NCBI GenBank assembly: GCA_951406725.2 | Contig: OX597816.1 | Location: forward strand, 77,438,001 to 77,502,000 | Direction: 5' to 3' | Origin: Octopus vulgaris | Taxonomy: Eukaryota | DNA length: 64,000 nt | In this document: one piece after another, positions 53,640-64,000 of the stretch | How the letters are laid out: each line of letters starts with the position of its first letter | Numbering within the stretch: position 1 is the stretch's first letter | The notes under the pieces: generated by a model | The model's database searches: none | What the model saw: the letters and a program-made list of their open reading frames with translations, nothing else | Told to the model about the DNA's origin: nothing | Translations under genes and position numbers: made by a program

Positions 53640-54755
53640 TGATGTACCCAGTGTAAGCTGTGGACACATAAGGAGTGCAGCAATATCAAAAGAAGGCTAA
53701 CTGGGAAGATAGCTTTTGTATGTGGCAGATGCTCAGGAGCAATAAACACTGAAAATGTGCAGAAAACAACTTCCGCCATATTCCAGGGAGAAAAACTAGA
53801 AGTAGTTGACAGCTTCCATTACCTAGGTGACCAAGTCAGTGCACTGAAAGTGTAGCTGTTAGAATAAGAATAGCCTGGGCAAAGTTCAGATAGCTCTTAC
53901 CTCTGCTGGTGACAAAGGGCCTCTAGCTCAGACTATATGGTAGACTGTATGACGCATGTGTACGAACAGCCATGCTACATAGCAGTGAAACATGGGCTAT
54001 GACTGCTGAGGACATGTGTAAGCTTGCAAGAAATGAAGCCAGTATGCTCTGATGGATGTGTAATGTCAGTGTAAGTACCTTGAGAGAAAAGTTGGACCTA
54101 AGAAGCATCAGATGTGGTGTGCAAGAGAGGACTGCACTGTATGGTCATGTGGTGAGAATGGATGAGGATAGCTGTGTGAAAAAGTGCCACACCCTAGTGG
54201 TTGAGGGAACTGTGGAAGAGGTAGACCTGGGATGAGGTGGTGAAGCATGACCTTCGAACATTAGGCCTCACCGAGGCAATGACTAGTGACTGAGACCTTT
54301 GGAAATATGCAGTGTGTGAGAAGACCCGGCAAGCCAAGTGAGATCATAACCTGTGGTCTATGTCAGGGGTGTAACCAGCCTACTTATGCGTACCTTTCCC
54401 ACACTGGACACTAAACTCTGCTTGCGAAGACCTGTTGAGACAAGTGAAATTGAAATCAAATCAAATTCGATGACTGGCACCCATGCAGGTGCCAGTGGAG
54501 CGCTAAGAGCACCATCCGAGCATGATCGCTGACTGGCTTCCATGTATGACGCACCATTCAAACATGATTGTTACCAGCGTCACCTTACTTGCACTTGTGA
54601 CCGTGGCGCGTGAAAACATTCGAGTGAGGTCGTTGCTAGTGCCGCTGGACTGGCTCCTGTGCAGGTGGCATGTAAAAAACACCACTTGAGCGTGGTCGTT
54701 GCCAGTACCGCCTGACTGGCATGTAAAAGCACCCACTACACTCTTGGAGTGGTTA
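53640..54755 (+). mobile_element. RTE LINE 3' fragment, apparently inside a Helitron-like element (~53213-55227)
   Basis: Colinear with 57580-58810; flanks show a Helitron-like 5' segment and a 3' gggtatctctgctag end. Confidence 0.8.
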
Positions 54756-55610
54756 GTGTTGTGATCATTCATCTTTTGGTTTCCTGTAGCTTTGCTCTCT
54801 TTTACAAACCCAGTGAACATTTATATATTTCTGATTTCAAAGAAATTAGAATAAGTTAAAAAAAGATTCCCAACAATTCAACTTCTCTGGTTGACTATAA
54901 AACCCCACCCATCCTAATAGGGGCCTTAACTCCCACATTTTAGATCTCCATGTGCTCCATTTTTCAGGAGCAAACACCTTTGAATAGGTTTTATAAGATT
55001 TGGATTTTGGAATCTGGGCATAAAGATGAGTAGTATGGGATAAATATGTCATAATTAGAATTTTTGTTATGGTGTGTAAAGAGGGAAAGAACCCTCATAA
55101 AAATTCTTAATCTCCAATTTTTATGAAATTCAAATCATAGGTATTCCAGTTCATTAGAGAAAATATAAAAGAAAAGTTTAATTCTTCAATTCCATGTGAT
55201 GCAGGCAATGCTGGGTATCTCTGCTAGTATAATATACATATATCTATATGTGTGTGTGTTTGGTTTAAACAAGCTTGTATTGTCTATGTGTATATAAATA
55301 CGTGTGTATATCTATGTGTGTGTGTGTGTGTGTATATATATACACACACACACACACACAGAGTTGATTATCAGCTTCCTCGCTGCATACTGGATATGTT
55401 GCACAGGTTATGATTTGAGTTAGTTCATATTGGGATCCACTACCTTCAAAAACCTGTCAGAAGGCCACGTCTGGCTTGAATGTTTCATTTCAGTTTGGTT
55501 TCTATGACTGGATGTCCTTTCTGTAGCCAACCATTCACAGAGAGTATTGTATGGATTTTATTGTGGTATGGCACCAGAAAGTCTGTTGTTCCTTTTCATC
55601 CTTAGACATA

Positions 55611-55729
55611 TATATATGAAAAAACAAGTCAGGATAGAAAATGCTAAAATAATTTTATAAAGAACATTTCAGTACTGGTTTCAGTCATTGAGACAAAATT
55701 ATTTTAGCATTTTCTATCCTGACTTGTTT

Positions 55730-55740
<11 letters not shown>
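55611..55740. repeat. 46-bp inverted repeat, PLE-type end in (TA)n
   Basis: Arms 55611-55656 and 55695-55740; the spacer carries a minus-strand gtc-tcaat-gac-tgaaaccagta half-hammerhead. Confidence 0.75.
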
Positions 55741-55765
<25 letters not shown>

Positions 55766-55884
55766 AGAGAGAGAGAGGCAAATTGGTGATGAACAGTGAC
55801 TTCAAGAACAAAACTAACTTAGTCAAATGGATGTACACAGTGATATTGGTTTGACGGTCAGTGAAAGTTCAGAATACACATAGC

Positions 55885-55942
<58 letters not shown>

Positions 55943-56130
55943 TATATTAATGCACATGCACTCACACACATCACTCAACCTCCTGACCCTACATCTAACT
56001 ACTGCTTCATCTTACTGCTACTGATCTCTTGCCACTGACCTTGTAAAATCCTCACACACATTCACTCCCACTCAAACTCAAACAAAAACCATGTATATAT
56101 GTGCACACACATATATGTATATCTATCATC

Positions 56131-58952
56131 ATTTGACGTAGAAGGGGGTATAGCTACACATGGGGTAGAAGACAACTGGCCGATTCTAAGGGACAACCTG
56201 CTGAAAGCCACTGACCAGATCTGTGGCTGGTGCAGTCCCCTCAAGACCCAAAATAACATGGTGGTGGAACAATATTGTTGACAGGGCTATTAGACAAAAG
56301 AAACAGGCTTGGAAGGACTGGAAGAACAGTGGTAGCAGGGAAGTGTATCAGACTGCCAGAAGGGAAGCTAGGAGGCAGGTGTATTTAGCCAGAGGGGAAG
56401 CAGATAAGAAAAAATTTGCCAATGTTCTGCGCCGTGAGGATGAAAGACTTGAGGTATTTCATGTTGCAAGACAGTGTGTGAGAGAGAATCATGACGTGGT
56501 AGGAGAGAAATGTGTTCGCAAGGATGACGGTGCACTTGCGCTAAATGAGGATGCAAAGAGAGAGGTTTGGAGATGCCACTATGAAAGGTTGCTGAATGAG
56601 GAAAATGAATGGGATAAAGAGAGTCTGCCGAATGTCGACCCAACAGAGGGACCAGCAATCCGAGTTGACAGTTCCTTAGTAGTTAAGGCAATTACAAGCA
56701 TGAAAACAGGGAAAGCCCCAGGCCCATCAGGAATTACTGCAGAGATGCTCAAAATATCTGGTAGTGTCGGCTAAAGCCTAGTCACCCGTATAATTAACCA
56801 GGTGATACACGAAGGAGTCATACCCAATGACTAGTGTAGCAGCATAATAGTCAACTGCTACAAAGGTAAAGGTGACGCCCTAGATACAAATAACCACAGG
56901 GGTATCAAGCTGCTGGATCAGGTAATGAAGGTTACGGAGAGGGTTATAGCCCAACTAATTAGAGAGAGAGTTAGCTTAGATGAGATACAGTTTGGGTTCG
57001 TGCCAGGGAAAAGTACTACTGATGCTATATTCCTGGTAAGACAGCTGCAGGAGAAATACCTAGCCAAAGATAAGCCCCTGTACCTGGCTTTTGTTGACAT
57101 GGAGAAAGCCTTCGACTGGGTTCTCCGATCCCTTATCTGGTGGTCAATGAGGAAACTAGGGATAGATGAATGGTTAGTGAGAGCTGTGCGAGCCATGTAC
57201 AGAGACGCTGCTAGTAAGGTGAGGGTTGGCAACGAGTACAGTGAAGAATTCCGGGTAGAGGTTGGGGTCCACCAAGGTTCAGTCCTCAGTCCCCTCCTAT
57301 TTATCATAGTCCTCCAGGCAATAACGGAGGAATTCAAGACAGGATGCCCCTGGGAGCGCCTCTATGCTGATGACCTTGCTCTAATTGCTGAGTCACTATC
57401 AGAACTGGAGGAGAAGTTTCAGGTGTGGAAGTAAGGATTAGAATTGAAGGGCCTTAGAATCAACCTAGCCAAAACCAAAGTCCTAATAAGTAGGAAGGTT
57501 GACCAATCACAAACACCTTCAGGTAGATGGCCCTGCTCGATCTGTAGTAGAGGTGTAGGTAGAAACTCTATAAGGTGCACCAAGTGTAAGCTATGGACAC
57601 ATAAGAGGTGCAGCAATGTCAAAGGAAGGCTAACTAGGAAAATAGTTTTTGTCTGTGGCAGATGCTCAGGAGCAATAAACACTGAAAATGTGCAGAGACC
57701 AATTTCTACCACGTTCCAGGGAGAAAAACTAGAAGTAGTTGATAGCTTCCGCTACCTAGGTGACCAAGTCAGTAGCGGGGGTGGGTGTGCTGAAAGTGTA
57801 ACTGCTAGAGTAAGAATAGCCTGGGCAAAGTTCAGAGAGCTCTTACTCCTGCTGGTGACAAAAGGCCTCTAGCTCAGAGTAAAAGGCAGACTGTATGATG
57901 CATGTGTACGTACAGCCATGCTTCATGGTAGTGAAACATGGGCTGTGACTGCTGAGGATATGCGTAAGCTCGCAAGAAATGAAGCCAGTATGCTCCGATG
58001 GATGCATAATGTCAGTGTTCATAATCGACAGAGTGTAAGTACCTTGAGAGAAAAGTTGGACCTAAGAAGCATCAGTTGTGGTGTGCAAGAGAGACGTTTG
58101 CGCTGGTATGGTCATGTGACGAGAATGGCTGAAGATAGTTGTGTGCAAAAGTGCCACACCCTAGCAGTTGAGGGAACCTGTGGAAGAGGTAGACCCAGGA
58201 AAACCTGGGACGAGGTGGTGAAGCACGACCTTCGAATTTTAGGTCTCACCAAGAACATGACTAGAGACCGAGACCTATGGAAGTATGCAGTGCGTGAGAA
58301 GACCCGGCAAGACTAGTGAGACCATAACCCGTGGCCTCTACCTGGTATGTAGCCAGTCGACTTATACATACCTTTCCTTCTTGGGACACAAAACTCCACT
58401 TGTGAAGACCCGTTGAGGCAAGTGAAAATCAAAATCAAACCAAATCAAATCAGATATCAGAACCAAAATCGAAGTCGATCAACATCAATGGAAATTGCAG
58501 CTGTGATACCAGTGCCGGTGACAAGTAAGCGAACCATCCGATCGTGGCCGTTGCCAGCGCTGCCTCGACTAGCCTCCGTGCCTGTGGCACGTAAAAAGCA
58601 CCATCCGTTCGTGGCCGTTGCCAGCCTCGCCTGGCCCCCGTGCTGCTGGCACGTAAAAAGCACCATCCGTCCGTGGCCGTTGCCAGCCTGGCCTGGCCCC
58701 CGTGTTGGTGGCATGTAAAAAGCACCATCCGTCCGTGGCCGTTTGCCAGCTCTGTCTGGCACTTGTGCGGGTGGCACGTAAAAAGCACCCACTACACTCA
58801 TGGAGTGGTTGGCGTTAGGAAGGGCATCCACTGTAGGAACACTGCCAGATCAGACTGGGCCTGATGCAGTCTTCTGGCTTCACAGACCCCAGTTGAACCG
58901 TCCAACCCATGCTAGCATGGAAAGCGGATGCTAAACGATGATGATGATGATG
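56131..58952 (+). mobile_element. 5'-truncated RTE-clade LINE (RT plus PHD finger), pseudogenised
   Basis: GKAPGPSGI, QFGFVPGKSTTDAIF, AFVDMEKAFD, GVHQGSVLSPLLF, YADD, FRYLG. One frame 56223-58316 with four stops; ~60-bp tandem repeats in the 3'UTR; (ATG)n tail. Confidence 0.95.
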
Positions 58953-59540
58953 TATGAGTGTGTATATATATATCATCATCATCGTTTTCCATGCTAGCAT
59001 GGGTTGGACGATATATATTCTTTCATTTGTTTCAGTCATCTGACTATGGCCATGCTGGAGCATTACCTTTAGTCAAAGAAATTAACCCCAGGACTTATTT
59101 TTTGTAAGCTTAGTACTTACTCTATTAATCTCTTTTTGCTGAAATAATGATGATGATGATTTAGCGTCCGCTTTCCATGCTAGCATGGGTTGGACGGTTC
59201 AACTGGGGTCTGGGAAGCCGGAAGGCTGCACCAGGACCAGTCTGATCTGGCAGTGTTTCTACGGCTGGATGCCCTTCCTAATGCGAACCACTCCATGAGT
59301 GTAGTGGGTGCTTTTTATGTGTCACTGGCACAGTTGCCAGACGGGGCTGGCAAATGGCCACGGTCAGATGGTGCTTTTTACGTGCCACCGGCACGGGGGC
59401 CAGGCAAGGCAGGCAACGGCCATGATCAGATGGTGCTTTTTACGTTCCACCGGCACGGGGGCCAGGCGAAGCTGGCAACAATATATATATGGGGAAAAAA
59501 ATAGTTCTCGATTATCAGAGGCAGAGTAATATGTTTTGTT

Positions 59541-59697
59541 ATTATTAAGACTGCAAAAATATCACAAAAAACTGCTACTCAGATTTTCATGTTCTCGTCC
59601 ATCAGACAGTTTAGATTCTTAATCTAAATTGTCCGACGAACAGGAACATGAAACTCTGAGTAGCAGTTTTTTGTGATGTTTTTGCAGCTTTAATAAT
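59541..59697. repeat. Imperfect 157-bp palindrome with degenerate hammerhead cores in both arms
   Basis: ccgacga..gaaac on + and ctgatgg..gaaaa on -. Confidence 0.7.
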
Positions 59698-60789
59698 GAT
59701 AAAGTGTGTGTGTATATATATATATATATACACACACACATGCATACATATATATGTTACACATAAAAGTACTATATTCACCCAGGGATCAATTATGCAC
59801 TTATGCACTCTCCAGCCTTTGGAAACTACATTTTCTTTATCATTCCAACTTTCAGTCAGTTAAACTTCCAGTCAGGTTTTGACCATGTACTGACCCATGA
59901 CTCACTTACTTTTCTCCAGACTATTGATTTCTTCTGCATTTCCTTTTCTCTGGACATACTTTCACTATTCAACAAAGATATGTGCAAAAGTCATGTTTCC
60001 ACTTTTAATTTACCATCACCAGTGCTGGTCCCACTTAAAAGTGCTCATGCTGGTGTCACATTAAAAGCACCCAACACAGGGCATCCAGCCATAGAAACCA
60101 AGCCAAATCAAACTGGAATCTGGTGCAGCTTCTTCTACATGCCAGCTCTGGTCAAACCATCGAACCCATACTAGCATAGAAAATAGATGTTAAAGGATGA
60201 TGATGTACATCCATTTCGTTTTTGTTGTTTTAGTTTTTGAAGTTGCCTATTATCGAATGCTCATGTGGACCTTTCATTTTCTTCTGATAATGATCTGGAG
60301 TATTTAATTCATGGATCATCTTTACCCTTGGATTATGTTACACCTTTGAATCCTCTCAGAGTATGTCAATTGAGGACAGTTTGTGTATGGACAAGGGCAG
60401 CTGCATAAAGAAGTGCTGATCTGTGACTGTGGAGGGGACCTGTGAGAGATGTAGACCCAAGAAGACATGAGATGAGGTGGTGAAATATGATCTTCAGATG
60501 TTGAGTCTCACAGAGGTGATGACAAGTGACTGAAACTTTTGGCGATTTGCTGTACTTGAGAAGACATGTGAAGCTAAGTGAAATCATGGTTGTGGCCAGT
60601 GCTGGTGACACATAAATGGCACCCACTACACTCTGTGCAGTGGTTGGCATTAGGAAGGACATCCAGCTGTAGACACCAAATCAAAACAGACTGGAGCCTG
60701 GTGCAACTCTCCAGCTTACCAGTTCCCATCAAACCGTCTAACCCATGCCAACATGGTAAACAGATACTAAATGTATGTATGTATGTGTG

Positions 60790-60840
<51 letters not shown>

Positions 60841-62108
60841 GTATAAATGTGTGTGTGTGGTTAAGAAGTTTGTTTCACAACCACATAGTTTCAGGTTATG
60901 AGTTAATCTTGTGGATAGAAACTGAAAGAAGCTTGTCATATGTGTCTGTTCATATCTCTTTGTCATGGCTTGGGCACAGATTTTAAATAATGTCACTGTC
61001 ATGCAAGTGGTCTTGTTGCAATTCTCTGTGGAAACATGTTCTGCTATTGTGCAAAAATGTTACTTTGCTTGGAAACAGATAAAGATTGGTGACATAGCAC
61101 CTTGCTGAAGAAAGTCTGTTCCAGCATATTTTATCTGATTCATGCAAGTATGGGAAAGTGGAAGTTAAAATGATGATGATGATTTGTATCTGTGTTTGTT
61201 TGTGTGTAAGCATATGCATGTGTGTTTCTTTGTTTGTATATGTAAAAGTTAGGTTAAATCATCATCATCATCATCATCATTGTTTAACACTCGCTTTCCA
61301 TGCTAGCATGGGTTGGATGATTTGACAGGTCTGGCAAACCAGATGGCTGCACCAGACTCCAATCTGATCTGGCAGAGTTTCTACAGCTGGATGCCCTTCC
61401 TAATGCCAACCACTCTGAGAGTGTAGTGGGTGCTTTTACATGCCACCAGCACGAGGGCCAGTCAGGCGGTACTGGCAACGGCCATGCTCAGATGGTACTT
61501 TTTATGTGCCACCTGCACAGGAGCCAGTCCAGCAGCTCTGGCAACGACCTTGCTTCGAATGTTTTTGATGTGCCACCAGCACATAAGTCAATAAAAACAG
61601 GCTCCCAAATTTCAAGCAAGTTTGATAAGTACCATGCACAAAACTCTTGGCCTGTCAGTCACTTTGTAACTTCTGATTAAAAATAATGTGTGTGTTTGTG
61701 AAGGCATGTGGTCTAGTGGTTAGGGTATTGCACTCTTGATTGCAAGATTGTTGTTTTGATCTCTCTGCAATCACTTTGACACCTGATGTGTGACCCATTG
61801 TACACCTGACAGGCAATGTTGATTGGATGGCTGAGTGGACTAATGTGCAGCACTAACATTTGATCCCTATAAACAAATCATCTTTGCAGGTTGTTCAGCA
61901 AAAAATCGTAGAACCCTCATCTGTTATCTATGGTAGAAGGGTCCACCATAAAAAAAAGCACTCAGTCCACTCTGTAGGATGGTTGGTGTTAGGAAGGGCA
62001 TCCAGCCATTAAAACCATGCCAAAACAGACACTGTAGCTTGGCCAACTCCTATCAAACTGTCCAACCTATGCCAGCATGGAAGGTAGGTGTTAAACAATG
62101 ATGATGAG

Positions 62109-62167
<59 letters not shown>

Positions 62168-62989
62168 TCATCGTTTAACGTCCGTTTTCCGCGCTAGCAC
62201 GGGTTGGACATATATACCTATACATATATACACATACATACATACATACATACATCTGTATATATTCTTTTACTTGTTTCAGTCATTTGACTGTGGCCAT
62301 GCTGGAGTACCCCCTTTAGTTGAACAAACTGACTCCAGGACTTGTTCTCTGTAAGCCTAGTACTTATTCTATTGGTTTCTTTTGCTGAACCACTAAGTTA
62401 CAGGGAAGTAAACACACCATTGGCTGTCAAGCGATGGTGGGGGTACAAACACAGACACACAAATATATATATATGATGGGCTTCTTTGTTTCCGTCTACC
62501 AAATCCACTCACAAGGCTTTGGTTGGCCTGAGGCTATAGAAGGCACTTGCTCAAGTTACCATGCAGTAGGACTAGATCTGGAACCATGTGGTTGGGAAGC
62601 AAGCTTTTTACCACACAGCCATGCCTATCATTATCATCGCCATCATTTAACATCTTATTTTCCATGCTGGCATGAGTTTGACAGGAGCTGGCCAGCTGAG
62701 GAGTTGCCCAAGTTCCATGTCTGTTTTGGCATGGTTTTTATGGCTGGATGTCCTTCCTAATGCCAACCACTTTACGGAGTATACTGGGTGCTTTTACTCA
62801 GTACCAGTACAGGTGCATTTACGTGGCACCAGCACCCACTAGCCCACAAGATTATGAAGGCTCAGCTGGAGAGGGATGCTAGGGATATGCCTGTATGCAA
62901 GGGCAACCTTGATTTTACTTAACTTGATGTGTCTTCTCAAGTACAGCAAACCGCTAGGAGTCTTGGTCTCTTGAGATCCAACTTCTAAA

Positions 62990-63900
62990 GATCCTGTAGA
63001 TATATATTGATTTGTGTGGGCATATATATCATTAGTTTCCTGTGAATGGCAGTTTACAATTACCACTGGTCTGTTCTCTATCACTCAGAAGGGCCTCACT
63101 GTTGAAACCTGTTCTGTCCTTGATTTTGACAGGCCAAGATTTTCTCTGCCTCTCCTACAGTTGAGCTTGAGCACTTGGAATCTATGTTTTATGTCAGCTG
63201 TGTGTGTCTGGCTTTCATACCCATACAAAAAAGATTCAAAACCACCAGTCTTGTATAATTGGAGCTTTGTTGGAAACCTGATGGAATTGCTTTTCCATAT
63301 GATGTTCAACTTTGTCATAGCAGATGAAGCCAGGGCAAATCTTTTGTTTCTTCCATTGAGCTACTGTCTTTACACAAAGTGCTTACATGGTATATATATT
63401 TGTTCACTTCTTTTTTACTATCCAGCATGATATTGATTGCTGCATTGTGGTCGTGGCTTTTGGTTAGAAGGTCTTACTCTTTTCCAAACGGTTTTCTTTC
63501 CCATACACTCTTGAGGATCTGTTCAAACTTAGTGAGTTCATGGAGTACTGCTTTGTTGCTTCTCTTTAAGCTGATATTGTCTGCAAGATACAGGTTGCAA
63601 GGGGGTCATCTTCTGATGGAAATGCAAGTGAAGTCACATAGTGTCCTCTGCTTGATGTTTTTCAGGAAGATGTTGAAAAGAACTGGGGAGAAGAGACAGC
63701 CTTGGTAAAACTTTAATTGTTGTCCCAAAGTCAAGATAGCTGAATTTTTTAGATTTTTGTACAGTGCTTGAATCACTTCAATGTGGTTGCTGTCAAAGTA
63801 GTAGTTGCGCATCACTTTCTGCTAAACCATCATGTCAGTTATGGTCTGAGGCTTTTTGGGAGTCAATGAAGTTGTAATAGAGGTATGTTGTTGTTGGAAA
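62990..63900 (-). mobile_element. Degraded RTE-like RT fragment
   Basis: QGCLFSPVLFNIFL and KLQLYK..FLYGYES motifs. Confidence 0.7.
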
Positions 63901-64000
63901 AGTGTCTTGATCAGCAGTTTGTTAAAAATCTGTTGTGATGTGCTCCTTTTTTTTTATCCAAATCCTAACTGTTCAGTTAGGTTTTCTTTTGCCTTCCATT

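Noticed and set aside
58413-58864. ~60-bp tandem repeats and overlapping ORFs, superficially CRISPR-like
   Set aside because: No unique spacers or cas genes; this is the RTE 3'UTR repeat, seen in other copies.

Overview
Eukaryotic, AT-rich, repeat-dense genomic DNA, most likely an octopus or other coleoid cephalopod (inferred from the SINE, RTE, Penelope and microsatellite content; not confirmed by search). Most entries in the ORF track are microsatellite or transposon artefacts. The best-supported gene is on the minus strand: four phase-compatible exons (17603-16466, 15277-15156, 12069-11885, 9105-7929) give an ~873-aa uncharacterised protein with a gap-free 140-aa internal duplication, a probable third diverged copy resembling the SKI/SNO/DAC (Dachshund-homology) fold, and a basic low-complexity tail. 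A CpG-rich, probably bidirectional promoter (GTCACGTGAC plus YY1 motif) lies at ~48.8 kb between two CpG-depleted domains. Mobile DNA includes a 5'-truncated RTE LINE with a PHD finger inside its RT, three mariner relics, Helitron-like elements, tRNA-derived SINEs, and Gypsy, Tx1 and R4-like fragments. Also present are Merlin-like foldback MITEs carrying TTAGGG arrays and many Penelope-like remnants with minimal hammerhead ribozymes, one with a compensatory G3:C8 core. All calls were made by eye; gene models and family names need RNA-seq and database confirmation.
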